Origin: Eledone cirrhosa
Taxonomy: Eukaryota
Assembly (NCBI GenBank): GCA_964016885.1
Contig: OZ024754.1
Coordinates: 35,526,001-35,590,000 of the forward strand
Length of the DNA stretch: 64,000 nucleotides
Reading direction: 5' to 3'
The notes under the pieces: generated by a model
The model's database searches: none
What the model was told of the DNA's origin: nothing
What the model saw: the letters and a program-made list of their open reading frames with translations, nothing else
Shown here: positions 31,130-47,774 of the stretch, one piece after another
Layout: each line of letters begins with the position of its first letter
Numbering within the stretch: the first letter of the stretch is position 1
Translations under genes and position numbers: made by a program

Positions 31130-32540
31130 TACTCCAACGTTCCACAGGAACTGCTGTGTAAGGTTCTGCGGGAGTATGTGATGGATGGACAACTTCTTGT
31201 TGCCCTGATGTCTCTATATGGATACCTTACTAATTTGTGTTCAGATAAATGGTGTTAAGATGAAACCAATCAATATGGGAGTCGAACTCCACAACGGATG
31301 CGTACTGTCACTTCTGTTCATAATCTTCACGAACAGAATTGCCGTGCACAGCCGGGCTGGAAGTTGTATCATGTCTGGTGGGTGTAAAATCAGTCGGCTG
31401 GAATTGGTGGACGATATGGTATTATTTAACTGGCCAGAAGGCGGTGGATTGGCAGTATCGGTAGAGGGTCGGACGCCATGCTTTCCGGCATAGTTATGTC
31501 CCTTTACGATCTGAGTTCAAATCCCGCAGAGGTTGACTTTGCCTTTCATCCTTACGGGGTCGATAAAATAAAGTACCAGTAATGCACTGGGTAATTGCTG
31601 GCCTTGTGCCTAAAGTAGAAACAATTATAGAAGGGCGGTGGATTGGCAGTATCAGTAGAGGGTCGGACGCCATGCTTTCCAGCATAGTTACGTCCCTTTA
31701 CGATCCGAGTTCAAATCCCGCAGAGGTTGACTTTGCCTTTCATCCTTACGGGGTCGATAAAATAAAGTACCAGTAATGCACTGGGTAATTGCTGGCCGTG
31801 TGCCTAAAGTAGAAACAATTATTTAACTGGTCAGAAGATGATCTCCGAGTTGCACTTAATATGTTTGATGTCAAGTGCTGCATGGCTGGAATGAAAATCA
31901 GAGCTGCGAAAACTGAGACACTCGTTCTCTCAAGGAAGCCTGCGCAGTGCTATCTACATATGAAGCAGGTGGAGAAGCTCAAATATCTTGGGGCCGTGTT
32001 AACGAGTGATGGAAGGTCGGAGTCTGCTGTAGTAATTCGGTAGCTATAACATTCGATCAGCAAAAGAAGGGAGGTAGGCGTAAAATCCAAATTCGCTACC
32101 ATCAATTCGCTCTTCGTGCTAACCCTTACCTGTGAGCATGAATCTTTGGTAATGAGCGAAAGAATACGCTCGCGAATACAAGAGGACGAAATGGGGTTCC
32201 TCCGAATGGTCTTTGGAGTAACGTTACTCGATAGAGTGCCTAACTCGGCGATCAGAGAATCACTCTAGATAGGGCCGCTACTTCTCCGATACTACGACCT
32301 TGTAGTTAGAATGTCTCAGGAAAAAAAAATTGCTGGACATATTTTTACAGGCAAAAACCAACCGACAGGAGACCCAGGGGTAGGCCCTGAGCAAGATGGT
32401 TGGATAACATACAAGAGCTTGGCTGATCTCGCTTAGGAATCTAGCTAGATCAGTTGGAGACGGTTGCTTCTTACTGGACCTGCTGAAAGGCATGGTTGAG
32501 GACTCTGCCCCCACGACCCTCCCAGGAAGACGAAGAAGAA
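31130..32540 (+). mobile_element. RTE-type LINE remnant (RT domain to 3' end, (GAA)n tail), interrupted by a SINE dimer
   Basis: Decayed RT motifs GVELHNGCVLSLLFII, LVDD (YADD-like), KYLG; many frameshifts. Confidence 0.9.
31441..31821 (+). mobile_element. Tandem SINE A dimer with a 20-bp TSD
   Basis: ATTATTTAACTGG(C/T)CAGAAG at 31421-31440 and 31818-31837. Confidence 0.9.
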
Positions 32541-33062
32541 AAATGTACTTGTTCCGTCAATGTCAGCTTTATTTTTCTTTTTCTCAAATTTTATATTAGT
32601 AATTGTTATTTTAGCTGTTTACCTGTAGAAGTTCTCAGTATCTAGATCAAGTGTAGGCGATCAATGGGCCTGCTAGAAAGAGCAGTCATATTTCCTTTCC
32701 TATCTTTAAAAAAGGAAGGACTCATCGGATAATGTAATATTAGATATACAAACATAGACGGAGAACTGGCAAAATCGTTCGAGTGCCGGATTAAAATAGT
32801 TGGCTAAAAACTAGAGACATGGGGGAGGAAAGAATACAAATTTGATGCTTACGAAGCTGTCACCTTTAATTATTAAATAACTTTTTATACAAAATAAAAA
32901 TAAATTCCAAATTTAGTGTTTAATTTATCACTTTTAAAGTGAATCAGGGAGGGGGTGAACTATATTCTCTAAAAGGAATCAATAGTTATAAAATGTTTGG
33001 TAAATTCTACTCTATGTTCAGCATACCGTGTAATATGTGATCTTCCTCTCGTCTCATATATT

Positions 33063-33158
33063 CAATAACCACACCATGTACGCTCAATAACTACACCATG
33101 TACGCTCAATAACTACACCATGTACGCTCAATAACTACACCATGTACGCTCAATAACT
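33063..33158. repeat. 22-bp tandem repeat, 4 copies (CAATAACTACACCATGTACGCT)
   Basis: Directly visible. Confidence 0.9.
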
Positions 33159-33249
33159 AGAGGAATACAACTCAAGCTGAGCATTTCATCCATTATATTT
33201 CTTACGTACTTACACAATAGAGCGTACACGCTCGCCCCTTATCTCCCTT

Positions 33250-33520
33250 TGTTGTGGAACTCTTCTTCGTTAAACGTCAAAGCTCTTTCATCACTTTGCA
33301 AATGGCGCACCCGTCAAGTCAGACGTGCTGAGAGCTTCTTTTGTCATTGCTTCTGTATAAAGTTCTGAGAAAAGCAAAGAGTGTTCGAGACTCATTTAAT
33401 AACCACACCATGTCGGCTAAATGCATAGGCCTTGACCTCAATCATTGAAACAGCCTCCTTTAGTACGTACTATCTCTCTGCAGCTATGTTCTCCATATGT
33501 AGCCTTACCAACGATCTGAA
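33250..33520 (-). pseudogene. Possible mariner transposase remnant
   Basis: Minus-strand fragments KATYGEH and KLSAR..RVRHLQSDE resemble the mariner YGE and KLSARWVPHLL motifs. Confidence 0.4.
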
Positions 33521-34055
33521 AGGGTGAATTTACTCGGTTACACTATATACAATAAATAACTACCAAATCTCCCCCCTAGATTTTACTTTTTGAAAAAAAA
33601 AAGGATGGATATATTATTGGACAACATATTCTTAGATACATTATATCTGAAAAAGACGGGATGGTCGAATTAAAAGCGCCTTTGATAATAAATCTGCTTG
33701 AATAGGTCTCAATCGTTGCTCAAATAACAAGAATATTAATGATTTAAAAGATGAAGAGGGAAAGGAAGAAGAGCAGAAAGAACCCATCGGATAGACGAAG
33801 AGGCGATAAAGGAGAATTGAAAAAGAAACAGATAAATATAGAGAGAAAGGAAAAAATAGAAAAAGAAAAAAAAAAAGAAATAATAGCTAATATTATTGAA
33901 ACAATGGCGCTTTGCAAGCAACTAAATTATTGATCATATTTTTGTTAGACGCAATAACATCTCACGAACATTGTTATAGTGATAGTCGTAAGCTTGCTTA
34001 GATTTCTAACTCGATCGTTTCACCGGACGTTGTAACATCGCCTGCTGTATAGCTT

Positions 34056-34760
34056 TCCCAATTATTAATACATTTATGAACATTAACACCCAAACAAATT
34101 ACTCACAACGGTTGTACTATTACTTTGCATTGCAGTATATAGAAATACATACAGCAAACTGTCTACTTACAGATATGAACCAACTCACCAACTATGAGCT
34201 GGTGAAACTCTCAGTTTGTCAATTTGTCGCCCATTGCTCATTTACGATATTTATCAATGTTGACATATAGGACGTCGTCTAAATTTTGGATGCAATAGTA
34301 TCTGCATACCTGGTCCTGACTTCCTTATCCACTAATGCTTCCCACTTGATCGTGTATGTCACCCTGGCAATGGTAACGGCGTCTTCTCTGGTGGGTCGGG
34401 CAGGCGTAAGGCGGGCGGGTGGTCTGGAAAGGCAATTTCGTCGATGGCGGATACGGGCTGTAACGTGCAGGCGGGGCGGGCGATGACGACTACGCATATA
34501 GGGTACCCGAGCACGTCTACCCGTAACCTAAAGATACAATGGTTATGTCCCAATTATTAATACATTTATGAACACTAACACCCAACCAAATTACTCACAA
34601 CGGTTGTACTATTACTTTGCATTACAGTATATAGCAATACATACAGCAAAGTGTCTACTTCTTACAGATATGAACCAACTCATCAACTATGAGCTGGTGA
34701 TATTCCCAGTTTGTCGCCCATTGCTCGTTTACGATATTTATCAATGTTGACATATAGGAC
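34056..34760. repeat. ~215-bp direct repeats (34056-34273, 34548-34760) flanking a GC-rich LINE-like fragment
   Basis: The duplication is visible; the interior reads YTIKWEALVDKEVRTRYADTI on the minus strand, like a post-endonuclease LINE linker. Confidence 0.75.
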
Positions 34761-34848
34761 AGAAAACAAACAAACAAAGAGTGACTAGATAAATAATCTA
34801 CAGAGCTATATTGGGTGCTTATATATTCCTGGTGCAAATTTATACGTT

Positions 34849-35420
34849 TGGTGTTGTTGTTGTTGTTGTTGGTGGTGGTGTTACTGTTGTTGGTGGTGAT
34901 GGTGCTGATGTTGGTGGTGATGGTGTTGTTACTGTTATTGTTGGTGGTGATGGTGGTGTTACTGTTATTGTTGGTGGTGATGGTGGTGTTACTGTTATTG
35001 TTGGTGGTGATGGTGGTGTTACTGTTATTGTTGGTGGTGATGGTGGTGTTACTGTTATTGTTGGTGGTGATGGTGGTGTTACTGTTATTGTTGGTGGTGA
35101 TGGTGGTGTTACTGTTATTGTTGGTGGTGATGGTGGTGTTACTGTTATTGTTGGTGGTGATGGTGTTACTGTTGTTGGTGATGGTGGTGTTGTTACTGTT
35201 GTTGGTGGTGGTAATGGTGGTGTTACTGTTGTCGGTGGTGGTGGTGGTGGTGGTGGTGGTGGTGGTGGTGTTACTGTTGTCGGTGGTAGTGGTGGTGGTG
35301 TTGGTGGTGGTGGTGGTAATGGTGGTGTTACTGTTGGTGGTGGTGGTGGTGGTGTTACTGTTGGTGATGGTGTTGTTGTTGTTGGTGGTGGTGGTGGTGT
35401 TGTTGTTGGTGGTGTTGGTC
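34849..35420. repeat. (GGT/GTT)n array with a 30-bp unit, flanked by 66-bp direct repeats
   Basis: Directly visible. Confidence 0.9.
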
Positions 35421-35822
35421 CTAGTCGTTGACTAGATAAATAATCTATAGAACTCTATTAGGTGCTTATATATTCCTTGTGCAAATTTAAACGTTAATAT
35501 TCAATGTACACATGATAGATGTGTACTGTCAACAGCATAACAGCTTTATTTTATATATACACTACACTGTATGTAGTCTATATACTACATTGTGTATAAT
35601 TTATATACTATACTATATATATATTTATGTACTATCCTATATATATAAATATATATATAAACTACTCTCTCTCTCTCTATATATATATATATAAACTACA
35701 GACTCTATATATAAACTAAACTCTATATATATATAAACTACACCCTCTCTCTCTATATATATATATAAACTACACACTCTCTCTCTCTCTATATATATAT
35801 ATAAAAACTAGACTCTCTCTCT

Positions 35823-35857
<35 letters not shown>

Positions 35858-35911
35858 CTACACTATATATATATATTTTATAACACTATATATTTCATGA
35901 ACTATACTATA

Positions 35912-36160
35912 CTAGCTGAGTAGCCCGTCGTTGTCAGGCAATAATCATAATAATATGCCTTTATTTCAATTTTTTTTAAATTCAATATCAGACCATGTCT
36001 CCCCTGAATGATAGTCCCCTTGATGAGGACATCCAGCGTAAAGCTGACCATGGGTGAAGCTGGGCTCTTCAAGGTGTAAACCGGCAACCGAAAATGTTTG
36101 TCCTTGTGATTTGTTGATGGTCATGGCAAAACTAAGACTCAGTGGAAATTGAAGTCGTTT
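35912..36160 (-). mobile_element. Helitron 3' end with a Pif1-family helicase C-terminal remnant (36011-36160)
   Basis: KRLQFPLSLSFAMTINKSQGQTFSVAGLHLEEPSFTHGQLY (helicase motifs V-VI); subterminal hairpin GCCTG..CGGGC; terminal CTAG followed by T. Confidence 0.9.
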
Positions 36161-36360
36161 GAGTCCAAGAGGATGTCTTCGACTCCCAGTCCCTCTACGT
36201 CACGGAAACCGAGATAAGCACCAGCCTCGGGGCTCGAGACAAACGTTAGATTAATTTGTTTCTGTACTGACCAGTTTCCATTTGTGCTTGGTGTTGTATA
36301 TTTTTTTGTCGTTATTCGCCGCTGACATCTCTTGTCTCAGAAAAACGAAAGCGCTATATA

Positions 36361-36708
36361 ACGCGTTAATGGACTTTAGCGCTACTTAATGACGCGTTAA
36401 TGGACGTTAGCGCTACATAACGACGCGTTAATGGACGTTAGCGCTACATAACGACGCGTTAATGGACGCTAGCGCTACATAACGACGCGTTAATGGACGC
36501 TAGCGCTACATAACGACGCGTTAATGGACGCTAGCGCTACATAACGACACGTTAATGGACGTTAGCGCTACATAACGACACGTTAATGGACGTTAGCGCT
36601 ACATAACACGTTAATGGACGTTAGCGCTACATAACGACACGTTAATGGACGTTAGCGCTACATAACGACACGTTAATGGATGTTAGCGCTACATAACGAC
36701 GCGTTAAT
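36361..36708. repeat. CpG-rich 31-bp minisatellite, about 11 copies (ACGCGTTAATGGACGTTAGCGCTACATAACG)
   Basis: Directly visible. Confidence 0.95.
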
Positions 36709-37350
36709 ACTATACAACACTAGGACAAATCTAAACCGCTTAGTAAAAAAACCATTTCGATAACCATGATATTTCTGCACCCAAACTTAAAACAAAAATA
36801 TCTTATATAAATTAATTCCTCTTCATTGTCTACTGTAAATTTGCATGTATATAAAACAAAAAAATTAAGTGTATCTTCAACTCATTTTTTTCTATACATA
36901 CATACATATATAATGTTGAATTCACTGGCCAAAATAGGGGTTTTCTCCCCTTCGAATCTCACATGTGCTTTCATAACCTGCGAGATTCTGGCGCAAGAAG
37001 AACCAAAACCTGTTGAGAAAGCGATGCCTTGTTCGACCAAAAGCTTATTTTTATAAGCAGACAGTATTATTGATTTAGGTGTTGCAGAAACCCAATTTCG
37101 GAGTATTCCATCTTCCCCGTGGGTCCGGGTAAATATTTCAATCATATCTCATTTTGTTTGACCCGTTTAGCTTGTTCGCTTTTTTGGCTATGGTGGTTAA
37201 TGGCTTCTTAACCATCGTCTCAGCGTGTATGACCATTTTAACTTATGTTTATAGCTCTGGTATCTTCTTTATATCCATGGAGCGCTTGTCTGCACAATAT
37301 GGAAGTTGCGTTTCGCTAATTTCTACCCGCCGAAATGCGATCCTCGTTAA

Positions 37351-37389
<39 letters not shown>

Positions 37390-37397
<8 letters not shown>

Positions 37398-37626
37398 GAC
37401 AGGGGGGAAGAAAAAAATGGCTTTACTTGTGCTTTCAACAAATTTATTTTCTTCACAAAATCCCAAAAGAATTTTTTTCCGGATTAGAAAAAAAAATTTC
37501 TAATCCGGGAAAAAATTCTTTTTGGATTTTGTGAAGAAAATAAATTTGTTGAAAGCACAAGTGAAGCCATTTTTTTCTTCCCCCCTGTCTTAATATACCT
37601 AACTGTACCAAGGATTACACACATTT

Positions 37627-37630
<4 letters not shown>
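37390..37630. repeat. 208-bp near-perfect palindrome (37390-37597, A6 loop) plus a short tail, between (TA)n tracts
   Basis: The arms are reverse-complementary with a few mismatches. Confidence 0.85.
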
Positions 37631-37677
<47 letters not shown>

Positions 37678-37905
37678 AGTACAGCATATTCGAAGTTCGA
37701 TCAGTAGCTAAGCCAACGAATGCCTTCAGCAGTGCAGCCAAACACTCGACAAGGTATAGACCTCAGAGTAATAACATACAGTTTAAAGGGCTTTGCAAAT
37801 TGAAAATAGCGACCGCTAATTCAGCTGCGTGATCTGTAGCAACGAAAGAACTGTATATATATATATATATATATATATTATATCTATAGCTATATATATA
37901 TATAT

Positions 37906-38110
37906 ATAGGAACAAGTAAAACCCCGACGGCTGAGCTCAAGCCGTTTCGACGGCTAATTCTGAATTAGCCGTCACAGAATTAGCCGTCGAAACGGCTTGA
38001 GCTCAGCCGTCGGGGTCTTACTTGTTCCTATTACCCACTCTACTACCCTAAGTATTGAGTACTTTGGTGCGTTATGGTCCACCTGGTTCCTTACCACATT
38101 TCCTTCGTTA
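37906..38110 (+). mobile_element. Fold-back module (37906-38031) with nested palindromes and a hammerhead 3' half; tail to 38110
   Basis: GAAAC-GGCT tgagctc AGCC-GTC-GGGGT occurs on both strands. Confidence 0.7.
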
Positions 38111-38117
38111 TATATAA

Positions 38118-38159
<42 letters not shown>

Positions 38160-38241
38160 GTTATTCCGGGTTGAATCAGAGATAACCAGAGTAAGTAAGG
38201 TACACAATACATTGCAGAGTATAAAAGTTTTAATATAGATG

Positions 38242-38292
38242 AGATTCTACAGGACTAGAACTGTTTCATTCTTTAGAAATCATCAGGAATCT
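38242..38292 (-). ncRNA. Type I hammerhead ribozyme motif with a GUA cleavage triplet
   Basis: Minus strand: AGATTC-CTGATGA-TTTC taaa GAAT-GAAA-CAG ttctagtc CTG-TA-GAATCT. Confidence 0.8.
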
Positions 38293-38734
38293 GGGTATCA
38301 AAAAATAAATATGGTATTTATAGGTCTCTTCAGGTGGTAGGAGAGGGTAGGGAGTGTGATGGGTAGAGGTCATTGGTTGATAGAAAAGGGAATTCATTAA
38401 AAGCTAATTCTTTAAAGCTATAATTTATATTTAGAGTAACAAAGGCAGAAAGAATTCTATAAACAAGTTCAGAATGGGGTGCCACTCCTTATTTTTAAGT
38501 TTCTCTTAAGCTAACAACGTCTAGATTTCAGGTGTCTATAAGATCATTGGGGGGTCAGTCATGGTTGATGGATTTAAAGAAAAGGGAAATTCTTTAAAAG
38601 CTAATTCTTTAAGGTTCTACTTAGTGACAAAGACCTAGAGAATTATATACACCAGTTCAAAATATTGAGTACATATCATACCATTATCTTCAAATTTCTC
38701 TTAAACTATATTCCAAAAGTCAACAGACACGTTC

Positions 38735-43975
<5,241 letters not shown>

Positions 43976-44101
43976 AAACAGCTCTACAGGCAGAAAATGC
44001 AGATAGGTAAGCGGTACTCGCATAACCATAGTGGCCGTATTTCAGGTCGAGGAGGGGTGGGGTGGGAAAGAGGTAGAGGGACTAAAAGGAGGAAGTCGTT
44101 T

Positions 44102-44400
44102 TTAGCCATCGAACTTTAACACTGGCTTAAGGTGTTTGAAAGTTGCAAAGTTCTTGTGCATGCAGTTCGGGCAGTGTTCAGAGAGTTTGTTCAGTAGAGG
44201 GCCCTTGGCGAATAAAATTTCATAGCTTTCTGAGATACAAAAGTCGCAGCCCTTGTGTCCTCCGTTGTAAGAGCACGCTTCTGGAGTATTTTCCATTTAA
44301 GCGTGAAGGGGGTGGAGTTCCTTTTGAGGTCCCAAACATAGGAGGCGAGTGTTGTCTGGTTTGATTTGTCCGGTCTTCTGACGGAGTGGGTATGGGCATA
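44102..44400 (-). pseudogene. Penelope-like element GIY-YIG endonuclease C-terminal remnant (one frameshift)
   Basis: HTHS...TTLASYVWDLK...LKWKILQKRA / YNGGHKGCDFCISESYEIL...LLNKLSEHCPNCMH, stop; matches the PLE pattern TxLSxYIWxLK..WKIL..CxLC..E..LLNKRSE..CRH. Confidence 0.85.
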
Positions 44401-44594
44401 ATATTTAATTATGACCAAATCAAGTCTGAATAGAATCAAATCATACATATTAAAATATATTAAAAAAATTACTACTTACATATTACAGGGTGCCATAGGT
44501 TTGTAATCCTTTGAAACACACGTGTGGTGTGTAAAATAACACACACATACACAACGTAAGCAACATCAATTGAAAAGCAAGTGCTGTGTTGTGT

Positions 44595-44767
44595 TTGCTG
44601 CAGTATCGGGAGAGAGACAGACACCATGCTTTCTATCATAGAGTTATGGGCCTTTACGTTCTGAGTTAAAATCCCGCCAAGATTAACTTTTTCTTTCATC
44701 CTTACAGGATTGATAGAATAAAGCACCGGTAATTGCTGGCCTTGTGCCAAAAGTAGAAACAATTATA
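44595..44767 (+). mobile_element. SINE A (degenerate)
   Basis: Head, central domain and tail recognisable. Confidence 0.8.
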
Positions 44768-44868
44768 TATATCCGCTTCCGCCAAAAACAAGACACGTGG
44801 TGTCGTAAAGTAATTCGATTCTTGGTCATTTTCAGCAATCGTCTTTAGCCCCTTATTACCCTCCCAAC

Positions 44869-44917
<49 letters not shown>

Positions 44918-45449
44918 AGCCATAAAAAAAAGAAAACTAATTTAGTTTATTTATGGAACATATCATGTAAATACAGTTTAACAGAAAAAAGAAAATTTAG
45001 ATTAAGAAGAATGGAATGTAAAATAGGAAAATATAAAGAAAAAGAAAAAAATACGGCAAAGGGAGGGATTGACAAGGACTCTAGTGTCACAGAAGAATGG
45101 GGAGGATGAGTGGGCTCTGGGCCTTTATTATGCCTCTTATTTACAGGGTAGGTAGAAAGAAACTCCCTATTGAAAATTACTTATAACTTTTGGCTTACTG
45201 TGACAACTTAGGACAACCTCAATAAACTCATATTGATGCAACATGTGAGCCTCTCCTAACTTTGCAAGTTCTGTCCGTGAGTGGCTTTATGTTCAATTTC
45301 TAAGACGTTAATTGTGCCGTCCAGGTCGATATGAATGGTCAGCAATTTTTCCTATGGGGGTGGGCGAAGAAAAACTCAAAGCTCTGACTCTATTGGAGGA
45401 ATTCAGTCATCATGTACTAACTAAGATGAAGTCAGTCGAGGATATACCC

Positions 45450-45940
45450 TGACGATTACAAACACTACTACGATGAGTGTTCCAGTGGCTCCAACACCTA
45501 AACAGTCGGCCCAGGAAATTAACGTACAGATTTTGCTGAGCATTCCACAGACACGTGCATCTTTAACCTATTTCTCAGAGAGATTCAACGTCACACAGTG
45601 CATCCCTATGTTGACGCTTTGAATTATAGGTACAAATCATTTTTTCCAGCTGTATGTACTGGGGCAACATGAAGGAATGTATTTTTGCTCAAGGACACAA
45701 CGCACCATCAGGAATCGAACTCATGATTTTCCGATGATCAGCCGGTCCCACTAACCACTAAGCCACGGCATTCATTTTGGCCCTTTATGCTCTGAGTTCA
45801 AATCCCGCCGAGGTTAACTTTACCTTTCATCCTTACGGGGTCGATAAAATAAAGTACCAGTCACGCACTGGGGTCGGTTTAATCGACTTTCCCCTCCCCC
45901 GAAAATTGCTGGCCTTGTGCCTATACAAGAAACCATTCAT
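45450..45940. mobile_element. Second SINE family (B, minus strand, about 45450-45775) abutting a SINE A (+, 45776-45940)
   Basis: TTGCTCAAGGACACAACGC..GGAATCGAACTC..TAACCACTAAGCC is the reverse of a tRNA-like head; the same family occurs at about 52330-52610, 58725-58830, 59630-59775 and 61990-62100. Confidence 0.7.
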
Positions 45941-46879
45941 ATACATAATCATAGGTCTCACATGATATTCGAATGAATTCTAATTCCCACTAAAAGAAAC
46001 CTTTATTATACATTAAGATAGACATGGGAACTATAGAAATATGTATTTCTCTTAAACCATATAACGTCACATATGCATAACTACATTAATTCTTAAGAAA
46101 TATTATGGTGAAATAAAGACGCCATAAGTTTTGCTAGAAGCCGCAGGCAATTATTTTATCTTTACAACAGCAAAGAGAAATGTTTCCACTGACTTCGCGT
46201 TTGTTTTTTCTGTCGTTCTGATGATAAAAAAAAAATGGGGATAGGAACAATTTCACAAAAAAATTGGCATAGGAACAATTACAATTTAGCTTCAGGCATA
46301 GTTGTATACAGATATGCATTGGAATTTCGTTACCCTGAATATTTAGTTCAATGACGACATTCACCAGGAAGATCCATAAAGAAACCAATACTCAGATCGG
46401 AACAAAGAAATAATACTTCTATTGGTTTTCTACCATTGCTGGTATTATGTTCTGTTCGCAGTACCTGATAGAAGGAAGAACATGATATAAAATATTTTAT
46501 GTAAAAACACAATGCAACAGTCGATCTAGGAAGCGAACCCACGACCTTCTGATCATGATTCTAACACCTTAACCAGTAGACCAGGCACCTTTAAGAAGAA
46601 GAGGAAATGCTTGTTCATGGAAGATTTTATCGCGTGAAGTAGTAGAATTAGAAGCAAGACTTATCTCGTACAAACAAGATCAGGCAAGATATTTCTTTTC
46701 ATTGAGGAACGGCTCAGTTTTAAACATTCTACACTGCAACAAGTTGACCAATCAGTGTAGAGAAAACTCTGCTTTGGATCAGTTGCCATAGAGAATTTCA
46801 GAGTCCTCGTTCCCTGTTTTCTTCTGCCAAAGGATCCGAAGGCATATTTAAATTTATAATAATGGTTTATTTTATTATA

Positions 46880-47070
46880 GGGCGGTGGATTGGCAGTATC
46901 GGTAGAGGGTCAGACGCTATGCTTTGCAGCAAAAAGTTTTGGCCTTTTATGGTCTGAGTTCAAATCCCGCCGAGGTTAACTTTGCCTTTCATCATTACGG
47001 GGTCGATAAAATAAAGTACCAGTTATACAGTGGGATAATTGCTGGCCTTGTGCCCAAAGGAGAAATAATA
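46880..47070 (+). mobile_element. SINE A with TSD ATAATAATGGTTTATTTT
   Basis: The duplication is visible on both flanks. Confidence 0.85.
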
Positions 47071-47518
47071 ATAATGGTTTATTTTCTTTAAAACAGATTA
47101 ACACATAGTTTTATCGTGAAGTAGGCTGCATAAAAAATCAGTAATGAGTTATATAGTCCTCTCAGGATAAAACCTGGAACGCAAGTCCGGTGAATAGATG
47201 TTTAGGCGCGAATTCTGCTGCTGGGCGGAAATCACTCTTAGTATTCTTACGTCTCCAATCTAAGGGACTGGCGACTGACCAAGTTCGACCCAATTATTCC
47301 GCCGCGATAAGGTAGTGCCATTGTTTGCTACAAGAGCATCTCACCTGAGGAACGAAGTTGACTTCGACATTTAGATTCGGAGATATTTATTGGGTCATCA
47401 AGTATGAAATTTGTAGAAACTTGTAGAAAAAAAAAAGCAATTTCTACAAATTTCATACTTGACGGACCAATAGAATGGTAGATATTTATAGTGATAAACA
47501 TATAGAGACGTAGTCCAA

Positions 47519-47710
47519 CGAAGTTCGGCTGAAATGTTCGTAGGCCGACTATGAAGGAGTGATGCTAGCGCTGTGAAATCTTGCATGCAATAATTTCAAC
47601 TCTTCTTATTAATAACTGCATTGTTTCTTTCTACGGAAAAATAAACTACATTTGGTCATTCCTTGAGAGTATCTTGGTCATCTCTAAACTTTTCAGCTGA
47701 CCTTCATATA
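47519..47710. mobile_element. Tc1/mariner-type MITE (related copies at about 62828-62900 and 63103-63513)
   Basis: TIR consensus TA-CGAGGGTCGGCTGAAAAGTT; the right end reads AACTTTTCAGCTGACCTTCATA. Confidence 0.7.
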
Positions 47711-47774
47711 CAATTGTATATAAAGGGAGTTTATAAAGGAGAGTTTCTGTCTACTGAATTTCACACACACGGCA

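Noticed and set aside
34811-35431. Gly/Val-rich 206-aa ORF resembling a structural protein
   Set aside because: Pure GGT/GTT repeat, open in multiple frames, with no signal peptide or exon support
36361-36708. CRISPR-like 31-bp periodicity
   Set aside because: Head-to-tail repeats without spacers, eukaryotic context, no cas genes
36882-37145. 87-aa non-repetitive ORF as a host exon
   Set aside because: No recognisable motif; upstream frames contain stops; likely TE interior
37525-37570. GTGAAGA...GAAAGCAC within the 37390 palindrome as a hammerhead
   Set aside because: The core is mutated and stems I and III cannot be formed
47339-47385. CTGAGGA..GAAG ttga CTTC GACA hammerhead-like string
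   Set aside because: GAAA is broken, the stems are offset and there is no module context; probably chance
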